Positions 1-11,863 of a DNA stretch of 64,000 bases are shown piece after piece. The stretch lies in the NCBI RefSeq assembly GCF_006345805.1, contig NC_043007.1, positions 32,116,001-32,180,000 of the forward strand, given 5' to 3'. The notes beneath the pieces are model-generated. The model ran no database searches and was not told the DNA's origin. It worked only from the letters and a program-made list of their open reading frames with translations. A program made the translations under genes and the position numbers. Source of the stretch: Octopus sinensis (Eukaryota). Each line of letters begins with the position of its first letter. Within the stretch, counting starts at the first letter, position 1.

Positions 1-109
1 GTGGTGGTGGCGGTGGTGATTTTATATTACATAACTGTCAATTTATCAGATAGATTTGGTAAGCTTTCTCAACTGGACTAATCAAAGACCTTTGTATCTT
101 TATTTCTAG

Positions 110-290
110 GATATCCTTAGCTGAGAGTGTACCTGAAAACTTGACCTATCCTGCAGGTTCACCATCACACCTGACTACCTATGATGGCATCATGTCCCTG
201 ATTGGAAATGCTAAGCATACAATTGAAATAGCCTCTTTTTACTGGTCACTGCAAGCAAAAGATGTATACAATTCCTCGTCATCTTGGCAA
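110..290 (+). CDS. PLD3: PLD3-like paralog A, first coding exon inside the window (equivalent to exon 2 of paralog B)
   Basis: tttctAG acceptor and GTAAG donor; translates ISLAESVPENLTYPAGSPSHLTTYDGIMSLIGNAKHTIEIASFYWSLQ..., the PLD3/4 N-terminal luminal segment; 181 nt, same as the paralog B exon. Confidence 0.93.
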
Positions 291-609
291 GTAAGGGTTC
301 ATATTTCTACCTCTGGTTAATTTGCTTTTTATGTTTATTATCCTGAAAAATTTATTCAACACCATCTTGCATGTATATATTATCATCTATAAAAATAATA
401 ATAATAATGGTATTTTTTTTAAGCTTATAGCGATCACCATGGAAATGATTAAGGAAAATAGTCGAATAATGGGACATATAAGCCCTCAGGAGAAAAAAAG
501 TAGTCTTTCCAGTACATGTGGGACTTGAACCCACATCCCTTTGTTAATGCAACAAAGCTATTCACAAAAATAATAATGTACATTTGATTTCAATTTTTTG
601 GCACAAAAA

Positions 610-842
610 GGTGGCAAGCTGGCAGAAATGTTAGCACGCCAGGTGAAATGCTGAGCGGTATTTCATCTGCCGTTATGTTCTGAGTTCAAATTCCACCAAG
701 GTCGACTTTGCCTTTCATCCTTTCGGGGTTGATAAATTAAGTACCAGTTACGCACTGGGGTCGTTATAATCGACTTAATCCGTTTGTCTGTCCTTGTTTG
801 TCCCCTCTGTGTTTAGCCCCTTGTGGGCAGTAAAGAAATAAG
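610..842 (+). mobile_element. tRNA-derived SINE family B (representative; other copies at ~2530-2705, 16570-16770, 31135-31540, 32905-33150, 37825-38050, 39300-39490, 54040-54262)
   Basis: gcaagctggcagaa..gttagcacgcc head, GAGTTCAAATTCC box B, shared gtcgactttgcctttcatcc core. Confidence 0.82.
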
Positions 843-865
843 AATGAAAATATAATGGATATGTA

Positions 866-1026
866 GAAAGCTTCTTCCCCTACTGGCGATAAAGGGTCTC
901 TCACTCAGAGTGAAAGGTAGATTGTACGACGCATGTGTGGGAACTGCCATGCTTCATGGCAGTGAAACATGGGCCGTGAATACGGAGGACATGCGTAGGC
1001 GCGAAAGAAATGAAGCTAGCATGATT
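866..1026 (+). mobile_element. RTE LINE RT C-terminal fragment
   Basis: RKLLPLLAIKGLSLRVKGRLYDACVGTAMLHGSETWAV, homologous to the 22287-22970 element. Confidence 0.8.
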
Positions 1027-1240
1027 CCTTTTGTTATATATTTGTTTCCCTGATTTTTAAGTGCCATTTCTCCACGATAGAACGGTCAGTTTGGGAAATG
1101 TCAATTTTGACATTTGCGTAGTCTTGGAATTACATAAATCTATTTATTTCTCTACATTTCTAGGATTATAACTTCAACATTTTTAGCTGTGTGTTTATAT
1201 TTTATTTTTTTAGTTGTATATAACTTTTCTTTTACTTTAG

Positions 1241-1364
1241 GGAGAGAACATCTTTAAAAAACTCATTGATGCTGGAAAGAATAGGAAAATTACAATAAAA
1301 ATTGTTCAGAATAAACCGAACCCACGATTTCCTAATACTGATACAAAAATCCTCAGCAAAGAAG
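1241..1364 (+). CDS. PLD3: PLD3-like paralog A exon
   Basis: tttactttAG / GTAAC; GENIFKKLIDAGKNRKITIKIVQNKPNPRFPNTDTKILSKE; 124 nt, phases fit the neighbouring exons. Confidence 0.92.
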
Positions 1365-2984
1365 GTAACTTTATCATAAATGTTTCATTCTAGTGTAAAA
1401 TTTTCTTCAATACTTTTCTCTTCTATGCCAGTCTTGAACCCTCAATGGCTTCCTTCAGCCAGGAACGAACAATATATATGTGCAGGGGCCATGGAAAAAG
1501 CATCCATGCTAGGGTCACATAAAAATCACCTGTACTGGTGCCACATTAAAAGCACTAGGACAGTACCATGTAAAAAGCACCTGGGGCCAGTGTCACATAA
1601 AAATCACCCATGCCAGTGCTATGTAAAAGGTACCCATGCTGGCACCACATAAAAAGCACCTGGGCTGGTGCCACATAAAAAGTACCCAGTACACTCCGTA
1701 AAGTGGTTGGCATAAAGAAGCGCATACAACCATAGAAACTATGCCAAAACAGACACTGCAGCCTGGTGCAGCTCTCTTGCTGGTCAACCCCTGTCAAACT
1801 GTCCAACCCATGTCAGTATAGAAGACAGACATTAAATGATGATGATGTGTGACTGTGAGAAGTACGGAATGACAGTCAGAGCATGTGTTTCCTATATTGT
1901 GGTTTGGTCTGCTTTTAAATTTTGTGAGTTGTCCTTATTTGGATGATGGACTTTGATAGAGATAGCAACACCAATGTACATTCAGAAGTTGATGACAAAG
2001 ACCATTTAATGATATTCAATGTTAAAGTTTTCTTGTTTATTTCAAGCCCTGGAATTTATAAGGCTGGTTGTTTTGTTTTTATGGTGTATAATCAACTGAG
2101 ATCATAACATTACCTTTGAATGGGGCACAAGTCCATTGCAGGGTTCAAGGCTAATAATTTTGACGGAAGAGGACAAATCAAATGCAGCAACTGGTACTTT
2201 ATTTTATCAACCCCAAAAAGGATGAAACACAAAGTCAACCTCAAAAGCCAGTAGAAACGCCATCAAGCATTTTGTCCTGTAGTGACCCCTGGCGGTCAAG
2301 CAGGAAAGCAAAAGGGAAAAGGGATCTAATGAGAGTAATCTCCCTCGACCTTCTTGAAAATTCTTGGATATTCTAGAAGCTTTCAATTAACTTCTGGATG
2401 ACGTGGAAGTCAAGGTCTTCCAGTTCTTCCTTCATATAAAGCGAACGCAATTCTAATTTCGTGCTCCTTTCGCCTGTCAGTTCCTAGGTGTACACATTGA
2501 GCCACGCTACTCGGACACCTCCACACAAACAGATTAAGTCGATTATATCAACCTCAGTGCGTAACTGGTAGTTATTTAATCGACCCCAAAAGGATGAAAG
2601 GCAAAGTCAACCTCGGCAGAATTTGAACTCAGAATGTAACGGCAGACGAAATACCACTCGGGATTTCACCCAGCGTGCTAACGTTTCTGCCAGCTTGCCA
2701 CCTTTGCGGCAACAGAGAACATTATCATAAAGCTGTAGACTGATCAGAAAGTAGAGAAATATGCAGTGACAGAGATGGAGGTCAGAGATACGTAAGGCTG
2801 GCTAAAGGGAATGAGGTGACAATGGTGGAATGGGGTCGTTGATAGGGGTATGAGAGAGTATTGAGAATGTTAGCAGATATGAGAATTATTAAAGATGAAG
2901 TGTGGCAGGTCTAGAATGTAACTCAGAGGAGGAGGAAAGCTAACTGCAGGCAAAGAAAGGGGGTGATTGGTACGAAATTAAGGA

Positions 2985-3306
2985 GGAGCACTCCGTCGGT
3001 TACGACGATGAGGGTCCCAGCTGATATGATCAACGGAACAGCTTGCTCGTGAAATTAACGTGCAAGTGACTGAGCAATCCAAAGATATGCGTACCCCTAA
3101 CGTAGTTCTCAGGGAGATTCAGCGTGACACACAGTGTGACAAGCTGGTCCTTTGAAATACAGGTACAACTCATTTTTGCCAGGTGAGTGGACTGGAGCAA
3201 CAGGAAATAAAGTGTTTTGCTCAAGGACACAACGCATCGCCGGGAATCGAACTCACGACCTTACAATCGTCAGTCGAATGCCCTAACCACTAAGCCACGC
3301 ACCTTC
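2985..3306 (-). mobile_element. tRNA-derived SINE family D (related copy at ~8195-8520 plus strand)
   Basis: Minus strand gtggcttagtggttagggcattcgac...gagttcgattccc head, followed by a gtgtccttgagcaa.acactt core. Confidence 0.75.
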
Positions 3307-3445
3307 ACGGTACGAAATGTATAGGAAGGGATGATAATGAGAATGATGGGTGGTTGTGCATAGGAAGTAGTTCCAAGAAGAAGTTGGGGGTTAACTGGTG
3401 CCACAAAAGGCGGATGAAGTATGTACCGATTCTGCTCTTTACTGA

Positions 3446-3959
3446 TTAACCCTTTAGCATTTAAACCAGCCATATCCGGCCAAAAGTATTCTGCCTGTTT
3501 TATGTTCAAACTGGCCACATCTGGTCTCTCACACCAGCCCTACAATATCGTTTTAAAAATGAACAGCTTCCTCATCAAAATCTCATAGCACCAAGATAAT
3601 GCCTGATTAGTTCAAGGCAATGTGTTTTTTGTTTGTTCCTTCTCGAGCCATACCTGGCTCATAAGGGCCGGTTTCCCGGTTTCTTTGGCATATATGTTCC
3701 CCACCTGGATGTGACGCCGGTCCGTCGCAGGGGAGCTGCAAGATGCAAGAGGAAAGAGTGAGAGAAAGTTGTGGTGAAAGAGTCAGCAGAAGTTGACTAT
3801 TACCTTCTGCCAGAGCCGTGTGGAACTTAGGTGTTTCGCTCATAAAAACACACATCGCCCGGTCTGAGATTCGAACCCACGATCCCTTGTCTGTGAGTCC
3901 GTTGCTCTTACCACTAGGCCATGTGCCTCCACAAGGCAATGTGGATAAAAAAGGATTAA
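3446..3959. mobile_element. TTAA-flanked MITE-like element interrupted by a tRNA-derived SINE (3625-3931, minus strand)
   Basis: TTAACCCTTT left end, degenerate right end; 12-bp target-site duplication CAAGGCAATGTG at 3613-3624 and 3932-3943. Confidence 0.7.
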
Positions 3960-4080
3960 TTTTGGCAGAATAATGCAAACACTAAATGATTAAGGAAACA
4001 GTAGGAATAATTAATTTGGAAATGATATGATTTTAATTGCTTTTTTTTTTCTACTTTCTCTCTTCTTTTTCTTTCTTTAG

Positions 4081-4214
4081 CTTCTGCAATTGTTCGGAAT
4101 TTAGATGTGCCAAAACTTATGCACGCTGGAATTTTGCACACCAAGATGTGGCTTGTAGACAGAAAGCATTTTTATGTTGGAAGTAATAACCTTGACTGGC
4201 GTTCATTCACTCAA
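4081..4214 (+). CDS. PLD3: PLD3-like paralog A exon with first HKD motif
   Basis: Long polypyrimidine tract + AG, GTAAG donor; ...AGILHTKMWLVDRKHFYVGSNNLDWRSFTQ (HxKxxxxD-x6-GSxN). Confidence 0.96.
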
Positions 4215-5854
4215 GTAAGAATTTTTTCTTTTTCCAACTTGTGTGTTAGGTTCAGATGTGGCTGTGTGATAAGAAGTTTGCTTCCCACCCAGTTGGTTTC
4301 AGGTTCAGTCCCACCATGGGTGCAGTCATGGCTGTTTGGTAAGAAGCTTACTTCCCAATCACATGTTTCCGGGTTCAGTCCCACTATGTGGCACCATAGG
4401 CAAGTGTCTTCTACTATAGCCTCGGGCCGACCGAAGCCTTGTGAATGGATTTGGTAGATGGAAACTGAAAGAAGCCCGTCATCTTGTGTAAGTTTCTTCT
4501 ACTGAAGGTGACCAAAGCCTTGTGAGTAGATTTAGTAGACGGAAACTGGAAGAAGCCCTTGTATATAAGGAGGTTTGTGTTACTGTCTCCTTGCCTTGAC
4601 ATCATGTGATAGTTGTGAGTGTTGCTGTCATCATCATCATCATCATCATCATTTAACGCCCGTTCTCCATGCTAGCATGGGTTGGACAGTTCGACCGGGG
4701 TCTGGGAAGCCATAGAGGCTGCACCAGGCTCCAGTCTGATCTGGCAGTTTTTCTACAGCTTGATGCCCTTCCTAACACCAACCACTCCATGAGTGTAGAG
4801 GGTACTTTTTACGTGCCAGGGGAGGCTGGCAAACGGCCACAATTGGTTGGTGCTTTTACATGTCACCGACACGGACGCCAGTCAGGCGGCGCTGGCATCT
4901 GCCACGTTCGGACGGTGCTTTTTACGTGTCACCAGCACAGGTGTCTTAACTACAATTTCCATTTGATTTTTATTTTGATGTTGGTGTTGACGTACTTGAC
5001 TCAATAAGTCTCCTCAAGAACAGCAGGTCAGATATCCTTCAGTTCCAATCTTCCATGAACACCTGTCAGGTAATGGCAAAATATTACATTACTAGGAAAA
5101 CAAATGAGGGTTGGTGACAGGGAGGGAATCCAACCATAGAAAAATCATCTCAACAAATTCTATCTGACCCATGCCATCATGGAAAAGTCAATGTCAAAGC
5201 GATAATGAATGATGATGATGATATTAATGGTTTACATATTATTGGGTAATGGTTTACATATTATTGGGTTGGTGCAACCATGGACATGAAGCAATGACAA
5301 TATGAAAATATGACTTACAAATGACTTTTTAATGAAAATTAATTAAACATATAGGTGCAACAATGGCTGTTTGGTAAGAAGCTTACTTCCCAATCACATG
5401 TTTCTGGGTTCAGTCCCACTATGTGGTACCATGGACAAGTGTCTTCTCCTATAGCCTCAGGCCAATCGAAGCCTTGTGAGTGGATTTGGTAGACGGAAAC
5501 TGAAAGAAGCCTGTCGTATGTGTATGCATGTGTGTGCATCCCTATTTATCCCCCACCCCACCCCACCATTGCTTGACAACTGGCATCGGTGTGTTTACGT
5601 CCCCATAACTTAGAAGTTTGACAAGAGACTGATAGAATAAGTCATGGGGTCGATTTGTTCAGCTAAAGGCAGTGCCCCAGCATGGCCACAGTCAAATGAC
5701 TGAAACACTTAAAAGAATATTATGAGATATGAAGAATCCTGCCAGTAAAAAATATTTTGAAAAATAATATAACAAGACAATGAAAAAATTATTCACTTTT
5801 TGTATATTATAAGTTTTTAAAAAATGACATTGTATTTTATTTGTTTATTTTCAG

Positions 5855-6052
5855 ATAAAAGAAATGGGTGCCATAGTCACCAAATGTAGTTCTCTTGCAC
5901 AAGACATGGGGAAGCTGTTTGATGTCTACTGGTATTTGAGTAAAACTGAGAAACTGCCCAGTGTATGGCCAAACTCTTACAGTACTCACTTCAATAAAAC
6001 CAACCCTCTGAATGTGAATTTCAATGGAACCAATTATAATACATATTTGTCA
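5855..6052 (+). CDS. PLD3: PLD3-like paralog A exon
   Basis: ttttcAG / GTAAGT; IKEMGAIVTKCSSLAQDMGKLFDVYWYL...NYNTYLS; 198 nt. Confidence 0.94.
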
Positions 6053-6879
6053 GTAAGTTTCTATTGCCAAAGGTTATTTCATACCAAAAACACTAAGATA
6101 CCAAAAACACTTATGTGTCAAAGTTGTTAAGTTTATAGAGAAATAAGTTATACATTCACCCTTGGCTTCTCGTAAGTTACTCTCTTGGACAAAACACATC
6201 ACTTTACTTGTTTCTATCTACTTTCAGGAAAACAAACAACTCTTTGCTCTCCTTTACTTGTTTCAGTCATTTGACTGTGGCCATGCTGGAGCACCACCTT
6301 TAGTCGAGCAAATCGTCCCCAGGACTTATTCTTTGTAAGCCTAGTACTTATTCTATCGGTCTCTTTTGCCGAACCGCTAAGTTACGGGGATGTAAACACA
6401 CCAGCATCGGTTGTCAAGCGATGTTGAGGGGACAAACACAGACACACAAACATATACACACACACATACATATATATATATATGACGGGTTTCTTTCAGT
6501 TTCCGTCTACCAAATCCACTCACAAGGCTTTGGTCCGCCCGAGGCTATAGTAGAAGACACTTGCCCAAGGTGCCATGCAGTGGGACCGAACCTGGAACCA
6601 TGTGGTTCGTAAGCAAGCTACTTACCACACAGCCACTCCTACGCCTATTCTATTCTAGGAATTAAGTTAAAAATTTGGTAAATTTTGATATTTTAACCCA
6701 CATGATTTTCACTAAGAAACAAGAAAAAAAACTCAGATTTTTTGCATGGAATCAAGTAACCTGACCTCCTAATATGTCGCAAACCCCTATTTATGTTCAC
6801 AAAAAAGGGGTGGGTGTGAAACCGCCCCATCCTGGAATCATTGGAATTTTTTGTATTCACCCCACCCACCTATCTACTA

Positions 6880-7180
6880 GGCACATGGCCTAGTGGTTAG
6901 AGCAGCGGACTTGCGGTCGAGGGATCACGGGTTTGAATCTCAGACCGGGCGATGTGTGTGTGTTTATGAGTGAAACACCTAAGCTCCACGCAGCTCCAGC
7001 AAAAGGTAATGGTGAACTTCTGCTGACTATTTCGCCACAACTTTCTCTCACTCTTTCCTCCTGCATCTAGCAGCTCACCTGCGACGGACCGGTGTCCCGT
7101 CCAGGTAGGGAACCTATACACCAAGGAAACCAGAAACCGGCCCTATGAGCCAGGCGTGGCTCGAGAAGGAACACACAAAA
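6880..7180 (+). mobile_element. tRNA-derived SINE family C (also 36829-37145 plus strand, 3625-3931 minus strand)
   Basis: tggcctagtggttagagcagcggact...gggtttgaatctc tRNA-like head and shared body. Confidence 0.8.
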
Positions 7181-7296
7181 CCCCTTTTTGTAGCCATAAA
7201 ACTCTTTCCTCCGGAAGTATTTTTCAAAATTTTTTATGATCTCAGAAAATATATTATTTCTTAAATATATGAATTGAAACCCATTTTTTCTTCCAG

Positions 7297-7436
7297 AGTT
7301 CGCCTCCACCTTTCTGTGCAAATGGACGAACAGGTGACATCGATGCAATTCTGGACGTTATCCATTCTGCTAAGAAGTTTATCCACATTGCTGTTATGGA
7401 TTATGCTCCTGCTCTAATCTACACTTATCCTAAAAA
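7297..7436 (+). CDS. PLD3: PLD3-like paralog A exon
   Basis: ttccAG / GTAAGT; SSPPPFCANGRTGDIDAILDVIHSAKKFIHIAVMDYAPALIYTYPK; 140 nt. Confidence 0.94.
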
Positions 7437-7489
7437 GTAAGTTGCTGTTAATGTTATCACTATTTTAGTTTCTTTCACTTTTGTAAAGA

Positions 7490-8010
7490 GAATCTGCATC
7501 AAATTTTGCCAAAAGCTTGGTGATCCCTGCTCAGGGGCCCACACAAAGTTTTCATCATTCTCAACACTATCAAGTTCTTGTGCAACTGAAACTCCGAGTG
7601 TCCATTTGGTCAGCTGAAAGCAGTTTTGGTACAAACTTGGCAGACAGGCATCTCATACCCAAATCTTCAGTGATTATCGATTGCACTGAACCATAACTAA
7701 TCTGCACATCCCATGATAACTCATGGGTGGTGACTTAATGATTTCCCCTCACAGCTACATGCATATCTGTGATGTTTTTCACAGTTCTGCTAATTGCAGG
7801 CCTCCTAAAACGTTCGTTACTATCAACATATTTTCGGCCATCTTAGAAATATCTGAACCACTCATACACTTGTGTGCAGCTCATACACTCCTCCCCATAC
7901 TCTTTCTGCAACTTTGTGTAGGTCTCTGAACAAGTATCGCCATGACAAATTTCTCTGTCATGGTCAGTCAATGCAACGATCACACGCTACACACCTTCCT
8001 TCCAAGCACT
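7490..8010 (-). mobile_element. Decayed mariner transposase N-terminal (HTH) fragment
   Basis: Minus strand ETYTKLQKEYGEECMSCTQVYEWF...ISYGSVQSIITEDLGMRCLSAKFVPKLLS with stops; a short inverted ICIKFCQKLG piece at the left edge. Confidence 0.78.
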
Positions 8011-8520
8011 GCTGTGAACGGTAGAAGTGAACTAGAACATTAAAACTTAGTCTGAATGCACAGCAGAGTTCAAGCTCAATCTGTGCCAAGTGGCTTCAAT
8101 CAGCAGGCTTTAACTTCGTTACTATGGCAACAGTCCAGATACTTATTGATCAGACCTTGTAATATATGTAATATGTTTGTTTGTATATGACTCAGAGGTT
8201 AGAGCATTGGGCTCACAATTATGAGGTAGTGAGTTCAATACCCAGGCTGGGGTGTGTGTTGTGTTCTTCAGCAAGACACTTTATTTCACGTTACTCCAGT
8301 TCACTCAGCTGTAGAAATAAATTGTGATGTCTCTGGTGCCAAGCTGTGTCGGCCCCTTTGCCTTTCCCTTGGATAACATGGGTGGCATGGAGAGAGGAGG
8401 TTGGTATGCAAGTGCGACAGCTGGTCATCCATAAACAACCTTGTCCAGACTTGTGCCTCAGAAGAGAACTTTCTAGATGTAATCCCATGGTCATTCATGA
8501 CCAAAGGGGGTCTTTACCCT

Positions 8521-8555
<35 letters not shown>

Positions 8556-8711
8556 TCAGGGGTGGCTGTGTGATAAATAGCTTGCTTACCAACCACATGA
8601 TTCTGGGTTCTGTCCCACTGCATGGCACCTTGGGCAAGTGTCTTCAGCATTGGGCTGACCAAAGCCTTGTTAGTGGATTTAGTACACGGAAATTGAAAGA
8701 AGCCCGTTGTG

Positions 8712-8754
<43 letters not shown>

Positions 8755-9735
8755 CTGTGTCGTCCCCCAACATCGCTTGACAACCGATGCTAGTGTGTTT
8801 ACACCCCCGTCACTTAGCGATTCAGCAAGAGAGACTGATAGAATAAGTAAGTACTAGGCTTACAAAGAATAAGTCCTGGGGTCGATTTGCTCGATTAAGG
8901 GTGATGCTCCAGCATGGCCACAGTCAAATGACTGAAACGAGTAAAAGAGTGTATATATTGACACACACGTATAGTCTTTAAGTTAAGAAGTCCACTTCGC
9001 ATCCATTTTGTTTTGGGTTCAGTGTTATCCCTCAGCATCTTGGCAAGTGTCTTCTGCTAGAGCCCTAAGAACTGACCTACAGATGGTGATGTTTATTGAG
9101 GAAATTGTCTGCTAGCTTTGTACTTTCAAAGATGAGTGGAATAAAAAAAATCACGTAACCCATACTATGATGGAAATCTAATATATAAAATCCATTCTGT
9201 CTGTGTGTGTGTCTTCTAGGATCTCGGGCATCCTCCATCCGATTGCGCTCAAATTTGATATGTAGATACCGACGATATCAGGGCATGTATAAGTCTTGAA
9301 AAAATTACAAAAATCGATTCCAGGTGAGAATGTGATCAATAAAGCCAAATAAAATCGTTTTTCTTTTGAATAGGAAAAAAGTCTATCTTTATTTCTTCTT
9401 TTGCTGGTGTCTCAAATTTAGGTTAAATCAGTGTTTCTCAAAGGGGAAGCCTATGGGACGGTCGAACAAGTTGTTTTGAGAAAATTTGGTTAAAATGTTT
9501 GACAACTCAGCACCATCCATTGGACGGTGGTGGTGGGTTGCTCATACTGATATAAAACAAAGGAATGAATGTATGTGTGTGGAGTTAGTAACTTAGCAAC
9601 ATTCTTTTAACTGACATATTTTTATCCATTTATGTGAAAATTATTTGAACTCATCCTAATACAACAAAATAGTTTATTCAATACCAGTGCGATACAAAAT
9701 ATAATTTAAAAACTTTTTGTTCCTTTCATTACCAG

Positions 9736-9898
9736 ATTCTGGCCAGTTATTGATAATGCCCTCAGAACTGTGTCATTTAACAAAGGTGTTGAAGTCTTCA
9801 TGATGTGTAGCTTGTGGAAACACACAAAGCCGAGTGTGTACAATTACCTGACTTCTTTGGCTGCTCTGAATGGTACTGGACGAGCTAGAATTCAAGTG
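9736..9898 (+). CDS. PLD3: PLD3-like paralog A exon
   Basis: accAG / GTATGT; FWPVIDNALRTVSFNKGVEVFMMCSLWKHTKPSVYNYLTSLAALNGTGRARIQV; 163 nt. Confidence 0.94.
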
Positions 9899-10916
9899 GT
9901 ATGTACTTTGTGTTTTCAATGTATTTTGATTTTAGGTCGACTTTGCCTTTCATCCTTTCAGGATCAATAAATTAAGTACCAGTTGTGTACTGGGTCGATC
10001 TCATTGACTGCCCCCGCCCAACTCTCCAAAAATTTCAGGCCCTGTGCTTAGAGTAGGAAAGAATATTTAAATGGCTGTGAATTTCAGAATGTTATTTTCC
10101 TTTCAATAAGAAAGAGTCCTTTTTTCCTTGTATCAATGTTTTTATATTCAAATTCTTCGTCAGCATCTGCTGAGGTTGATTTTGCCTTTCATCCTTTTGG
10201 GATTGATAAAATAAATACCAGTTGAGCACTGAGGTCAATGTAATTGACTTATCCCCTAATTGCTGGCCTTGTGCCAAAATTTGAAACCAATATCTCAACT
10301 CCTAAGTGTTGTGAAGCCCTTTACGGTACCAATTTCTTCCCTCGCACCTCTGAACTTTGGAATCCCCTTCCAGTCTTTTCCTCTTCGATATGACCGCCAG
10401 TCTTTTAAGTCTGATGCACATGGCCACCTAATGACTTCTCTCTAGCGTCCATTTTATTCTAATGGCCCTCACGTTTTCAGTGGTCTAAGGACCTTGTAAT
10501 GAGTGAATGCTTTAAAATAAAAATTTTTTAAAATTAAAATAAAAAACAAAAACTGTGGAGTTTATCGTTTTCATATCAGTTCTCACAACATTTTCCCCCC
10601 ACTTTGGGAAAATATTACATTGCTTGAAAACAGGTGAGGGTTGATGACAGGAAGAGCATCCAGCCATATTAAAATCTATCTCAACAAATCTCATCTGACC
10701 CGTGTGAGTATGGAAAAGCGGATATTAAAATGATGATGATGACTTCTCTTCGGCCTTTTGATGTAAATTAACATTTTGTCTCCAAAAGGTTAAACTCATT
10801 TCATATTTTCAATGTTCACCAAATTTTCTGCCCTCATCATGCATGCCGCCAACAAACATCACGATTCTTTCACATAATGTTATCTACAATAGTTGCTATT
10901 TCTTTTGCAATTTCAG

Positions 10917-11019
10917 AAATTCTTCCACGTTCCAAGTTTTACTCCTGAACAGGATAAGATTCCTTTTGCACGTGTTAACCATGACAAATATATGGTCACG
11001 GATACTGATGCCTATATTG
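10917..11019 (+). CDS. PLD3: PLD3-like paralog A exon with second HKD motif
   Basis: tttcAG / GTAAG; KFFHVPSFTPEQDKIPFARVNHDKYMVTDTDAYI; 103 nt. Confidence 0.95.
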
Positions 11020-11680
11020 GTAAGATAGTTTTCATTTGTTTTTTGGGGTTTTTTTCAAGAAGTTAAAACAATTATGAACTCTGAAATTCAGTTGTTACCT
11101 GTATAGCAGAAATTTGAATTCATTTCGAGCAGGTCGTTGCCAGTATCACTGGACTGGCTCTTGTGCAGGTAGCACGTAAAAAGCACCATTTGAGCGTGGC
11201 CGTTGCCAGTACTGCCTTACTGGCCCTCATGCCGGTGGCACATAAAAAGCATCCACTACACTCTCGGAGTGGTTGGCATTAGGAAGGGCATCCAGCTGTA
11301 GAAACTCTGCCAGATCAAGATTGAAGCCTGGTGTAGCCATCTGGTTCACCAGTCCTCAGTCAAATCGTCCAACCCATGCTAGCATGGAAAGCAGACATTA
11401 AACGATGATGATGATGATGATGATGATTTCAAATGCAGAGAAAGTTTTTTTCTTTTTCTTATGACTATTAATCTACCATTTGTCAATTCCCAGTCACTTA
11501 TGCTATCTGCTTCTATCAAATTCCTGGTAACCACTTTATTAATCACACCCCAGAACATCAATGATTCGAACCCATTTTATCCTTTTGTAGTATTCTATTT
11601 ATTTCACTCTTCTTTAATTCCTAAATGCAGATTTTGACAAACTGGAAAGAATTGTATTATATTTCTTTTACTTGTTGCAG

Positions 11681-11841
11681 GAACGTCCAACTGGAGCGGT
11701 GATTACTTTACATCCACAGGAGGTTTGGGAATAATTGTCAGACCAACAAATACAAAAAAACCAAATTTGCGCCAGCAACTTGAAGATGTCTTTCAAAGAG
11801 ACTGGAACTCTAAATATTCACATCCCGTAAAAAGAAGATAA
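11681..11841 (+). CDS. PLD3: PLD3-like paralog A last coding exon
   Basis: ttgcAG acceptor; GTSNWSGDYFTSTGGLGIIV...LEDVFQRDWNSKYSHPVKRR, stop TAA at 11839-11841. Confidence 0.95.
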
Positions 11842-11847
11842 TCTCAG

Positions 11848-11863
11848 AATAAATGTCAATAAA
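11848..11863 (+). terminator. Tandem AATAAA polyadenylation signals of paralog A (candidate)
   Basis: AATAAA at 11848-11853 and 11858-11863 just after the stop, followed by AT-rich sequence. Confidence 0.5.

Noticed and set aside
4107-4457. ORF-track proteins extending PLD3 exons into introns (also 5864-6130, 9770-9970, 24164-24409, 29451-29684, 38753-38944)
   Set aside because: Read-through past canonical GT donors; the true exon ends are fixed by matching lengths and phases in both paralogs.
6880-6960. tRNA gene-like sequences (also at 3230-3300, 36830-36900)
   Set aside because: Heads of tRNA-derived SINEs: degenerate stems that continue into shared SINE bodies.
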